The translations under genes and the position numbers were made by a program. A DNA stretch of 64,000 bases from Utricularia gibba. Lineage: Eukaryota > Plantae > Magnoliophyta. The notes below the pieces were generated by a model. The model saw nothing but the letters and a program-made list of their open reading frames with translations, was not told where the DNA came from and did no database searches. Of the stretch, positions 1 through 12,572 are shown in pieces (position 1 is the stretch's first letter; each line of letters starts with the position of its first letter). The stretch covers positions 248,001 to 312,000 of the forward strand of contig NEEC01000026.1 in the NCBI GenBank assembly GCA_002189035.1, given 5' to 3'.

Positions 1-53
1 TATGATCTCTACCCAGTATCATTACACCATCAAAGCTTTTTGAAATGATAATG

Positions 54-1438
54 TGATAAATGAAAATTCCTATTATCGTTGCAATAAAAATAGAATTCTA
101 TATCAAATAAATTTATAATCCTTAATCCTCACAAAATACAAATAAAACACAAAATGTAAAGTGGAATTCGGGATCGATCACAAGGAGCTGATGCTTGCAA
201 TGTGTTTTTAACAGATACAAAATTCGGAATAAATGTTGTTCTTAGTTTTAGCTCAAACTAACAGTAATAGACAAACTCGCTAAGTAGAGTCAAGTTGCAA
301 AGCAGAAAATAACAAGTGTTGGTTTTAAGCACATGATGATACTAAGATGCCTTAAGGTAATGCAGGTGATGTGGTGCTAAAATGCCTAATTTAATTTACT
401 ATATTCCTATACTCATAACTCTAAACAATCTAAGTCTATCTAGGTCATTCATCATATTTTCGGCTAAGCTAGTTCTCAATATCAGCACCAACATTGTAAT
501 TAGGTCTACCCGCATGAAGAATGTATAGAACTAGGTTTACCCGATTCTACTGGTATTACCCTGGACTATTACCTACTGCTCCCATTTTAATTTATTGGTG
601 TATCTCTAAATCAAGTATCTAAGTTGCGAAGTTCTTTGTTCCCTTACTTAGATCTACCCATGGAATGATAGAAACAAGAACTAACTAAGAGACAAAAATA
701 AATTGCATTTTTAACCCTAGCCCCACATCACCCTTCTAAACCTTAAGGCATTCCTAAGGTTCTAGCTACTCACGTGTGGAAAATAAAACAAGTTCTCATA
801 GTCATAAACTGAAGAAAATATTCTTAACATTGTCAAATACACAACAACGAAAGCAAAGTTTCAGCAAACTAAGTAAAATAGAGTGTTCTATTTTCTGTCT
901 GCTACTGTTCATAGTGTAGAACGGTAGCTCTAAACTGGATCTTAGTAGTGTTTCTTTGAGAGAATCTCCTCCTTCTCCCCTTCTAATCGATATTCGTAGT
1001 GTTGGAGGAGAAGCCCCTTGTGTGTCACTGTAGCTCAAGCTCTCTAAGTTCTCCTCTTTTTTGCGACTCTCTCTCCTCCTGATTTTATCTCCTCTCTCAC
1101 TTCCCAAAGCAAGTACATTTTCTCACACCACTACTGGTCCTATTCCTGACTTACACACTAATGTGATGGAAGTATACTTATTGTCTTATGCTCCTCCTAC
1201 TATATGGTGACTTGCATGAAATTTTTGTATCTTTTCGTGATTTTGGGACTTGATGCTGGACTCACAATTGGGTTAGAACATAGAGTGGGTTAAATTAAAG
1301 GATTTAACCTACTAACACACAAAAATCACATATTTTCTGAATTATAAAAAAATATTTAAAACTATAAAATAGCAACGAAAACATAATCAAAAAGTTATGA
1401 TTATTATATCTTAAAACATGTAAATTTGTGTGCTATCA
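54..1438 (-). mobile_element. Solo-type LTR, Athila-like Ty3/gypsy (local LTR family A)
   Basis: TGATAAA...GCTATCA termini. Collinear along its length with 49637-50968 and with the split copy 43886-44133 + 51074-52196. No matching TSD found (taatg vs cacta). Confidence 0.7.
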
Positions 1439-2374
1439 CACTATACTATGACAATGGATTTGTCCCCAAGTCATATCTAAGACTAACAGTAGTTCAATAA
1501 TTTCTTTTAGCTATCACTTTATTCTATCTGATTTTTTTTTATGGATATTTGCTTCGAGTCTTGCTCTAGTTGGACTTGTTATGGAGGGTTACGGATCAAA
1601 TAATAAATATTTTTCCTTTTCAGGTGGATTAAGGCTGCTGCCGAATTTATTTTTTTTCCAGTAAGTTGTCTTTATTGCAAGAAGGTTAAACGAGTTTTTT
1701 TTCATCTATCGTCATCACAGGTTAATGAACTAAATCAAAAAGTTATATGACTGAAAAAAATGTCTTATACATTGGTATTAATGAAATAAAAACTCATTTT
1801 CTATGTACAAGAATTAAATTAAAGTAAACAAGAAAAGTAAATCACACATGGTTGATTAGTTATCATAGTTTAAAGCAGGCTTACAAAATAAACCAAATGA
1901 GGTTTTTATCATCTATTTAAGTAGATATATTAAACATAAAAAGTGGGAGGTTTAAAAAACAAAGGATTAGTAGTTGATATTTTAGACAATGATGTTAATT
2001 TATAGAAAGTAAATGCTAATTTGGATGGTAAATTGATAGAAATGTCACTAAGTATTACCTGAGATTTCGATCCCAAGATCTTCCTATTCATGAATTAATA
2101 AACTAACCATGTAGGATGAAGAAATCTTTTATTTTTGAGAAAGTAGAATAAAAGAAACAAATTCTAATTGAAAGAATAGAATAGTAAAAGAAATGTTTTT
2201 AATTCACTAGCTCTTTACTTTTTAATTTTTAAGAAATTTACTTTTTGATACGGACGTCTGATTATTTTTCACATTCGAAATAGAAAATTATAATTTAAAT
2301 TTTTATATAATATTTTATCATATAAATAAAAGTATTCGTTATTCAAAAAGGAAGGAAAAAAAGATGAGATGAAT

Positions 2375-3487
2375 TGATAACACATAGTTTTGAGTATTTT
2401 AGAATAAGGAAATGATAAGTATTCTACTATAAAACTTGGATTTTATTGTATGTCTTTGTGTTTTTGTGATTAGCAATATTTTATTCCTAATTCAAACTAA
2501 ATTTAAATTTAATCTTAATCTTTGTTCTAATTACTTTCTTAAGCAATGCAGTATATATTATCAATGCAAATCCCAATGAGATGAAAAATGTATAGTAGAT
2601 GCAACATGAAAAGGGGACAAAAGAGAAGAAAGAGAAGTACCAAATCCCAAAAAGAGAATTTTTGGTATAATGAAGGGAAATAAAATATCTTTCCATTGGA
2701 GAACACACCATAGAATTCGGGGAGCAGATGTAGTAGGAAATTGTAGCAAAACCATGGAAACGAAGAAGATGAAATCAGGATCGAAGCTTATCCCTAAACT
2801 CTCCTTTATTTATCAGGAACACTATTTCTAACCCGAAGTAGTTTTAGTTTTTCACGTGAACTATTTACGATTTCGGTTTGTGTTTATGTTTTTTTTCTTT
2901 TTTTGTTGCACTGATATGAACATGTTTTGATTGCTATGTTATAAATGTATTTCATTTTACTTAAATATGGTGGCTAAACACACGTAACACCTTGAGGTAG
3001 AAGAGAGTGTATATAATTATTGCTTATTAGATTACATTAGTTCGGCAATCACACTATTTTTCTAACAATTAAGATAGATCTAGGAGGGGGAAGTAGTGAT
3101 ATTCATCATAAATATACTTAATTAGAGGTACACCAAAGATCAGAGAAAAGAAGAGTTTGGAAAGACTTGAATCCTTCATTTGTTAGGTGAATAATTATTA
3201 GTTGAATGAGTTAAGTATAGTAATGATCATGCCACTCCTCGAAACTTAAAAGCATTGCATTATCTTGTTTGAGTTAGCAGTTGAATTTATTTGTTTGTTT
3301 TTTTTATTGAATTTTATCATAAACTTATCTTAGTTTGGATTAAATTTTTCAACCGTGACAAAAACAACATGCACATAACTATTTGTGTTCGATCCTAATC
3401 CACTATTTTCATATTTTTATATGATTAGGTGTGAATTAGATTAATAAATTTATTTGATATAAGAATTGACAATTTTAACAACTATCA
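2375..3487 (+). mobile_element. Degenerate Athila-like LTR
   Basis: Starts TGATAACACATAGTTTTGAG, like the start of the solo LTR at 54403. Carries the recurrent 3' motifs gtgttcgatcctaatccactat and ataaatttatttga, and ends ...ACTATCA. The left boundary is approximate. Confidence 0.5.
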
Positions 3488-5685
3488 TAATTTTTTTGTT
3501 TATGATGAATTCAAAAATACCTTATTTTATTTGAAATCTAACAGAGATAATATAATTGATCAAATTATAAGCCCTAGGATAAGAGTTTGATTGTCAATCA
3601 ATTCTACAAGAAGCAAATAATATGGAATGATTCTTAGATTCATTGAAAATCTTATGTAGGGTTTTGAAATAATGATGAAAATAATGGTAATGTGATTATC
3701 CAATAGTTCAAGTACAATTGATATAGTTGAAGTCCAGGCAAAATATGGTTTTTTAGGGATGATTTTATTATTTTTGTAATTTCTTCTCCTCACTAACCAA
3801 GTGTGCAAGCTTACCTTTTGATTTACTGGTGATAACAAATATTTTTGAATGTTTTAAAATTCAAATTTTTTTAATATTATATTATAAAATTAGAATTTTA
3901 TTAAGCATTTCTATTTTTTTTATGATTAACAGTATTGTTTAGGTGTTTTATTCCAAATTCAAGATTTAGTCTTAATCTTTATTTTAATAACTTTTTTGAG
4001 CAATGTGGGATGTTTTCAGTAATCCAAATCCTAAGAAGTCGAAAGTAAACAGTAAAGATGCAAAGAAATGAGGGCAAAAGCTGAAAATGAAGGATGCTAA
4101 ATCCCAAGGAGGGGTAAAATGAAGATTTCGAATAAAAAAGGGAGGGGAGTGGAGAGAGAAAAATATCTCCCATTGTAACAACACGCAAGACAATCTGAAG
4201 AAAAATTGTAGATGAAGGAATGAAGAAGACAGACTTTGGAACTTAGCTCGCTCTAAGACATTTTAATAGGAACACTACTTCTAATCGAGAGTAAATTGCA
4301 AAAAACATTTTAGCATTTCATTTTGAAACTATTTTCTTAATCATTAATGTTTACTTTCTTGCTTTCAAGCTGTAAACTAAGACATGTTGTTGATGTTGTT
4401 ATATACTAGTTTTATTTTTCTTCTATATGATTAGTCAAATATCAAGTGGTATTTTTGAACTAAAGGAGATAAACATGTTTATTGTTCTTTAAACCATATT
4501 AATCACTTCATCCCACTAGTTTTTTTAATAAATCAAGGTTGATTCAGGAGGGAAACTAGTGGTATATTCATCATAGATCAATCTTAATTAGAAATAGACT
4601 GAAGATTAGAGAAAGACAGACCAATGTTAGAATAGATTTGAACTTTTATTTGGTTAGATGAACGACTTTGGTTGAGATGAGATAAAGATAATGATGAATA
4701 TATTATTCCTGAAAGTCTTAAGGCATCACATTGTTTCCCTTTAAATAGTAATTTGATTTACGCATTTATTTTTTTCTTGTATTTTATCAGAAAATTGCAT
4801 TTGTCTTACCTAGATTTAATGCTAAATAGTAACAAAAATAAAATGTGTCAACCTGCACATAATATGCAAAATGCTTTTTGTGTTCCACTCTAATCCACTA
4901 TATTCGTATTTTTTGTATGATTGATATAAATTAAGCTTATAAATTTATTTGAAGAAGAATTATTCATTTATCAACAGGAAGCTTAAGAAGAATGAGTAGA
5001 GTAGCAGGTTATAAAAATGAATATTAAGTTTTTTTATTTTATATCAAATCTATCTTAAATTATTTGTAACCGTTCTTTACTTAGTAGGGGGTCGGAGTTT
5101 TTGTATGTCATAAATAAAACAAATCAAGTCAATCGGCATTTTTATTATTATTTAGTTGGATTGTAATAAGATGGACCAAGTATTAAATATTGGGTGGAAA
5201 TTTGTTTCTTTAGGTTATTTATTATCAAATCAATACCTCGCACCCACAGTCAACAAAAGCATGAACTAGTTTTAATATTGATGGAATTCAGTTTGACATT
5301 AATATTATTTCCAGATACAATTTATTTATTCGGCTTTTTTGTAACAGTTGTTTATTATATATTATATATTATTTGCTCGTATTTTGATTTTATGGTTTGT
5401 AAAATATTGAATTAATTTGAACAAAAATTAAATTTTGAATAACAAACAATATATATATATGTTTTTAAGAACATTTTGTCAAATAATTTTTGTTCAATTA
5501 CCTGTTATTCTAAGTGCATATTTATATAATTATTATTTGTAATGTTTTATAATTATATGCATAGAAATATTAAATAAAAACATTTACACATCAAAATACA
5601 TAATTGAATATAATTATATTAAAAAATAAAAAAATTATAAAGAGTGGGTTTTCAACCATTACTTATTCAAATATGGTTATTGGGA
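3179..5685 (+). repeat. Segmental duplication, copy A
   Basis: Collinear with 6363-8945 from tgttaggtgaataattatta to ...ggttattggga, with many substitutions and small indels. Confidence 0.9.
3830..4973 (+). mobile_element. Solo LTR inside duplication copy A
   Basis: TGATAAC...TTTATCA termini. Flanks ACTGG/ACAGG are decayed forms of the ACCGG TSD seen in copy B. Confidence 0.8.
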
Positions 5686-5689
5686 AAAT

Positions 5690-6058
5690 CCCCTCATGTG
5701 TATTCTAAAAAACGTGTTGTCCCCTTGCGATTCTTTCTCCTTCTCATCTTTCTCTCACCTCACTCTGTTTAAGGTAAGTACATTCTCTGACAAATATGAT
5801 TCTTCTGGCCCTGACTTGGAGACTGCCGCTGTGACTATGTACCCATTGCCCCCTATAGCCCTAGTGACTTGCACGAAATCCAGATTTCTTCCTTGACTTT
5901 CGGGTTGTTGCTACACTCCAAAATCGAGTTAGACATGGGGTGGGCTAAATCAAAGGATTTAGCTCACTAATCACACCAAAAATCACATTTTCCCTAATCA
6001 AATAAAAATACTTAAAATTATAAAATTAACACTTAAACATGAAAATTTGTGTGTTATT
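5690..6058 (-). mobile_element. Fragment of LTR family A in the spacer between the duplicated copies
   Basis: Similar to 1030-1438 (ggtgggctaaatcaaaggattta...aaatttgtgtgttatta). Confidence 0.6.
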
Positions 6059-6089
6059 AGTAGGACTACAGTACGATTCTTTCTACAGA

Positions 6090-6340
6090 GCCTGGTCGGA
6101 TTGGCTCCCTCTATAAATAGAGAAAGTTTGGAGGTGAAAAGGTTGAACTTTCGACATTCAAAAAGGTTGTATTCCTCTCTTTTTCAATTAGTGAAACCAC
6201 TCCTCCGGTGAGCTTCGACAGCTACGTGGCTTTCCATCTTTCAGTGGTTTCCACATAAAAATCCTCTCCACTTTCTCTTCCAACGACTATGCCATGCATC
6301 CTAAATCCATAATACCTAAATCGGATCCAACCAATTTGGC
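6090..6340 (+). mobile_element. Fragment resembling the Tat/Ogre-like LTR at 60600-60790
   Basis: Shares the ctataaatag TATA region, ccggtgagcttcgacagctacgtgg and ggtttccacataaaaatc motifs with 60600-60790. Confidence 0.45.
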
Positions 6341-7027
6341 TTTAGCGGTAACTCTAAATCAATTTGTTAGGTGAATAATTATTAAGTTGAATGAATTAAG
6401 TATAATACTAATCATGCCACTGTTGAAAGCTTCAAAGCATAACATTATCTTATTTTAGTTAGTAATCAAATTTATCTGTTTGTTTTGTTACTCTATTTTA
6501 TCGTAAACTCGCCTTGGTTTAGATTAAATCTTTCAACCATAACAAAAATAGCATGCATCAACCTTTACACAACAAGTCTTGTGTTCGATTCTAGTCAAAT
6601 ATGCTCATATTTATTGTATGACTAAATATGAATTAGATTTATAAATTTATTTGATAAAAGAATTTGCAATTTTAATGACTAGCATAAATTTTTTGTTTAT
6701 CATGAATTCAGAAACATCTTATTTTATTTGAAATCTAAGAGACATAATATAATTGATCAAATTATATGCCCTAGAATAAAAGTTTGATTCTCAATCAATT
6801 CTACATGAAGAAAATAATATGGAATGGCCCTTAGATTCATTGAAAATCTTATGTAGGGTTTTGAAATAATGATGAAAAAAATGATGATGTGATTATCCAA
6901 TAGTTCAAGTAGAATTGATATAGTTGAAGTTCAAGCTAAATATGGTTTTTTCAGGGATGCTTTTGTTGTTTTTGTAATTTCTTCTCCTCACTAGTCGAGT
7001 GTGAAAGATTACCTTTTGATTTACCGG

Positions 7028-8212
7028 TGATAACATATATCTTTCAGTGTCTTAAATTACAAAAAATATTAAATTACAAAAAATATTAATATTATGTTAT
7101 AAAATTAGAATTTAATTAACTATTTCTATATTTTAATGATTAGTAGTATTGTTTAGGTATTTTATTTCAAATTGGAACTAAATCCGCAATTTACTCCTAA
7201 TCTTTATTTTAATAACTTTCTTTGAGTATTGGAGTAAGTTTTTAGCAATCCAAATTTTAAGAAGCTGAAAGGAAACAGTAAAGATGCAGAGAAATGAGGT
7301 CAACAGCTAAAAATGAAGGATACTAAATCCCAAGAAGGGGTAAAAGGAAGATTTCGAATAAAAAGTGAGGGGAGTTGAGAGAAAAATATCTCCCTTTGGA
7401 ACAACATGCAAGACAATCTGAAGAAGGGGATCTAGGAAGAAAAATCGTAGAAGAAGGGATAAATAAGACGGACTTTGGAAGTAAGCTCATTGTAAAACAT
7501 TCTAACTGAAACACTACTTCTAATCTTGAGTAAATTGTAAAAAAAATTATAGCTTTTTGTTTCAAAACTATTTTCTTTACCGTGAATGTTTACTTTCTTG
7601 CTTTTTAGCTGTGAACTTAGACATGTTATTGATGTTGTTATATATTAGTTTTATTTTTCTTCTATATGAGTAGTTAATTACCAAGTGGTGTTTTGAAACC
7701 AAATGAGATAAACATGTTTATTGTCCTTTAAATCATATAAACCACTTTATCATATTACTTTTTTAATAAATGAAGATTAATCTAGGAGGGAAATTAGTGG
7801 TATATTTATCATAAACCAATCTTAATAAGAAATAGACCGAAGATTAGAGAAAGAAAGACCAATGTTTGGGTAGATTTGAATTTGTTTTTGGTTAGATGAA
7901 CGATTTTGCTTGGAATGAGATAAAGATAATGATAAACATATTGTTCTTAAAAGTCTTAAGGTATCACATTGTTTCCCTTTATTTAGTAATTTGATTTACT
8001 CATTTATTTCTTTCTTAAATTTTATCAGAAAATTGTATTAATCTTAATTTAGATGTAATGTTGAATAGTGATAAAAATAGAATGCATCAACCTGAAATAT
8101 GCAAAATGCTTTTTGTGTTCCATTCTAATTTACTATATTCGTATTTTTTGTATAATTTGTGTAAATTAAGCAAGCTTATAAATTTATTTGAAAAAGAATT
8201 TTTCATTTATCA
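7028..8212 (+). mobile_element. Solo LTR with perfect 5-bp TSD ACCGG
   Basis: ACCGG (7023-7027), then TGATAAC...TTTATCA, then ACCGG (8213-8217). Confidence 0.9.
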
Positions 8213-8696
8213 ACCGGAAGTTGAAGAAGAATTAGTGAGTAGCAGGTTATAAAACCGAATATTAATTTTTTATTTTATATCAAATCTACTAATGTCTTCA
8301 TTATTTGTAACTGCTCTTTAATTAGTAGGAGGTTGGAGTTTTTGTATGCCATAAATAAAACAAGTCACGTCAATGGGCATTTTTATTCTTATTTAGTTGG
8401 ATTGTAACAAGATGGACCAAGTATTAAATATTGGGTGGAAATTTGTTTCTTTAGGTTATTTATTATTAAATCAATACTTCACATCCACAGTCAACAAAAG
8501 CATGAACTAGTTTTAACATTGATGGAATTCGGTTTGATATTAATATTATTTCCAGATACAATTTATTTATTCGGTTTTTTGTAACAGTTGTTTATTTTAT
8601 ATTATATAGTACTTGCTCGTATTTTGATTTTACGGTTTGTAAAATATTGAATTAATTTGAACAAAACATTAAATTTTGAATAACAAACAATATATA

Positions 8697-8712
8697 TGTG
8701 TGTGTGTGTGTG
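8697..8712. repeat. (TG)8 microsatellite
   Basis: Read directly. Absent at the equivalent site of copy A (~5450-5462). Confidence 0.9.
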
Positions 8713-9067
8713 TTTGTGTTTTTAAGAACATTTTGTCAAATAATTTTTGTAGAATTACCTGTTATTCTAAGTATATATTTATATAATTATTATTTGTAAT
8801 TTTTTTATACTTATATGCATAGAAATATTATATAAAAACATTTACACATCAAAATATACATAATTGAATATAATTATATAAAAAAATTAACAAATTAAAA
8901 AGAGTGGGTATTCAACCATTACTTTTTGAAATAGGGCTATTGGGAGAGAGGGAGGAATCTGGCTAAGTGATCCATGAGAAGGGAAAAACAGAAAAATAGT
9001 AAGTCACCGACCATGATTATTTACACTGACGCTCACGCTCGGCTATAAATAAAAAAATAGTTGTACG

Positions 9068-9074
9068 GTTAGGT
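9068..9074 (-). promoter_or_regulatory. Candidate MYB AC element (ACCTAAC) upstream of the SDR gene
   Basis: GTTAGGT on + equals ACCTAAC on -. About 600 bp upstream of the ATG. A single 7-mer could be chance. Confidence 0.25.
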
Positions 9075-9671
9075 GGGTGGGATGATGAACCCAACCCCAG
9101 TGCGTGTGCGTCGACTTGTCTGGATATGAAGACCAATACCATGGAGGAATTCGTGTGCTTGCCAACTGCCACTCGGCTTCAAATAGATGGGGGTAGGGCA
9201 CCGGTTGCTGATAAATGTACCAGTCAAATCACAATCGTCTCCAACTACATAATCAAACCAAATTCTGGAGCAAGATTTGATAAGCACGACTCAACAAATC
9301 AAATGGAAGATTTTTTTTGTTGCATTGCTCTACTTTAATAGAGATGGTGGGCGTCGGACTCGGCATAGCCACGGAGGACAACACTTGAGGGACCAATTTT
9401 GCAAAAAATTTAAATATTGTTTGAAGATCACTTATTTGGGGACGAATGAATGATCAAGTGTACTCCTCAACTTGGTATGCAAAATTCCAAAAAATTCGGG
9501 ACCATTTATCAACTTCGGAGATCAATTTTTTCATCAAGGACGAATCCTGTTTTATGGGGACTCATTTTGACTTCAAGTAAAACATTTAATACAATTTTCC
9601 CATTAAATATGCGCCATGCTCAAGGCGCAAGTGATTTGTGGATACACAGACAGACAGACAGACAGACGCAA

Positions 9672-10870
9672 ATGGAAGCAGGAACAGGCAGAATCTGCGT
9701 CACCGGAGCCACGGGGTTCATCGCTTCATGGACCGTCAAGTGCCTTCTCGAACACGGCTACTCAGTTAACGCTACAACAAGAACTGCCGCAGGTACCCTC
9801 GCATTTCCTCCTCTCCAATCCAATCTTTCATGAAACCTCTTTTTTCTTGTTCAGCGGGAGCCGGTGGTGAAACCAAAAGGGATCTCACCTACCTCACAAG
9901 CCTCCCTGGAGCAGCGGAGCGCCTAAGGATTTTCCATGCCGATCTCCACGACCCACGATCATTTGTACCTGCGATTGAAGGATGCATCGGGGTGTTTCAC
10001 ATAGCTCATCCCTTGGACATCCAATCCGAGGACTCGGAGGAGATCCACCATTTCACCGCAGCCGTTAAGGGTATCCTCAATGCCTGTGCTGAATCCAAAA
10101 CTGTCAAAAGAGTGGTGTTCACATCAAGTGTTTCTGCATCTGCTTTCTCCTCCTCCCCTGATGCTGATAGCCGCATCTTTGATGAGAGTTGCTGGACTGA
10201 CCTGGACACCGTGAGGAAGCTGAAAGTGTCCCTGGGGCCTTATGTCGTCACCAAGACCATAACTGAAAAACTGGCTCTGGAAATTGCTGCGGAGCTGGGG
10301 TTGGATCTTGTCACAGTTGGGCCAAGTTGGGTCACCGGCCCCTTCCTCTGCCCCTACCTTCCATATTCTATTCAAGTATTCTTGGCCTTGATATATGGTA
10401 TGCTACTGTTCAATTATGAATGGCTTTTAGAGAGGAGATTGTGAAGCATGGAAGAAATTCTTGATCCAGGGAATGAAAAGTCGTACGTGTATATCAAGGA
10501 TATTAGCCTCGTTCATGTGGAGGATGTAGCCAGAGCACACATTCATCTCTTTGAGCATCCTGAGGCAAAGGGCCAGCGATACATCTGTGCTGCGGTCGAT
10601 GCTTCCATTGAGGGCCTGCATGAGTTGATTTCAAGGAAATACCCGCAGTATAAGCTTCCAAATTCAGAGTGAGTGCACAACGTGATTCCTCTCTATTTTC
10701 TTGATAAACAAGTATGTTTGTCGTGCAGATCTTGGGAGGGCCTTCTTTCAGTTAAAACTGCAGGCGCTTCCACCAGAAAGCTGCTCGAAACTGGATTCAA
10801 GTACAAGTATGGACTGGAAGAAATGCTTGACGCATCAGTGGAATGCACCAAGGCCAAAGGCTTGCTCTAG
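9672..10870 (+). CDS. NAD(P)-dependent epimerase/dehydratase, DFR/vestitone-reductase/BEN1-like SDR; 4 exons, 334 aa
   Basis: Exons 9672-9792, 9855-10397, 10470-10668, 10729-10870 with GT-AG introns; 1005 nt in frame. Rossmann motif VTGATGFIASW, catalytic FTSS and YVVTK (YxxxK), VHVEDVARAHIHLFEHP, GFKYKYGLEEM. Confidence 0.92.
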
Positions 10871-12572
10871 CTGCAGCTCCGCCCACTTAAATGCATTTCT
10901 AAAGAAAACACATGATGCACGCATTTCCAGCTCTTGAACGATGGTTTGTCGTAATAAAAAACGACACATGCATACTTGAATACTTGATGGCACACATTTT
11001 CTTATGGCTTTGTAATATAAAATTATCATGTTTTATTATGATTTAGGTTGTGTTTGTGAGCTTTTTATATTTAAATGTTGTTTAGATTAATTTCATGTTT
11101 ATCTGTGTAAATGAACTAAATACTTTGATTTAGTCTACCTTGTGTTACTGATATTTAATTGAGTTTAACAAGATAATAAAAGCAATTCAGATTGAAAGAT
11201 ATATGGATTAAATCAATGGAGGCATAATAACAGAAGGAAACAACATGCACTATTGTGCTGCCCGTAGTCTACAAGTTTAGGCTAATAGTAGTACGGATAT
11301 TAGAAACAATACTTACTTTGGAAAAAGAGAGGGTGATGTGTGTCATTCTACAACAAATTTTAAAAGATTTTTAATTCATAAAATATAAAATATGTAGTAT
11401 AGATGTCAAACACATGGAGTTGAATTTCGAGAGAAATGTGAGGTTTACACTGAATACAACTGTTAGGATTTGTAAAAGTATTTATACAGTAAAAGCTCGT
11501 AAAAACATAAATGATGAGGCTTGACTAAAGAAATTGTAAGGTAAACAATAGGAATAAATTTAATTGATAAATCTTAAATAAAGAGTTGTTCATAGTATTG
11601 GAATTCTACCCAATTACGTTCGTTTCATCTCCACTCTTCTCTAATCTTTTCAATTACGTGATTATGGGAATAAGAAGTCGTCTATCTTCCCTTACACTCT
11701 CTTGCAAGGAGGCAAGGGAATAATTGATATTACTTCCCCTTGGACGAATGTAAGATAAGAAGTCTAGTTGTCATTACACTCATGATCAAATTATGTGCAT
11801 GTGTCCAAGTGTTTATTGATCTTGAAATATGTCTACAAACAAAAAGGATGTGAGTTGGTGCTTTTCATCTTATTCCTCTTCAAAACTTGTACGTATGACA
11901 AACTAATCATGAATCTTGAATAGAGGGTCATTACAAAAAGACTATAATGTAATTGCATGGAGACATACAAAACTCAATCAAATTCAAAGAAAAAGTGTAG
12001 TAACGAAATATTGAAGTGGGAGTCTCCCAATCCAGACACAAGGGTTTTTAGTTGTAAACGGCCATACAAAACAAGAAACCAAAAAAAAAAGTTTAGAAAG
12101 AAACTAGAGAAAAATCCTTTAAAGTGATAAAACTAGTATAAAATTAAAACTTGAATGAAAGTCTTTGAATTGTCTGAATTTCGCATTCTCCTAATTTTGC
12201 ACTGATCTTGAGTGCCTTGCAAGGGACCTCCTACTTTGACATTGCTATACTAATGATTTCTTCTATCAAAAGCTCATATGTTCTGCATGTCAAGACTTAT
12301 CAATAGGCGTCTACTATCTTTGAGTAACCTAATATAGATGTTAGAATTGAGTGTGTGAAAAATATGAGTTATCATAAAAAATGAAATGACACTGGTGGTA
12401 TAGTTGATTCTATAATCTCACTAAAGAAGGAACAGTGTTATAATAGATTTCGAGTAGTACTACTTTAGAATAATACCACCAAAACATGCACAAACAGATC
12501 AATTCTAAAAGTTTATACACACACTTACACACACATATGAACAAGTTTTAGTAAGGTTGATCTTAAATCTAC

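Larger units (their letters stand above)
6363..8945 (+). repeat. Segmental duplication, copy B (abuts the SDR gene upstream region)
   Basis: Collinear with 3179-5685. Confidence 0.9.
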
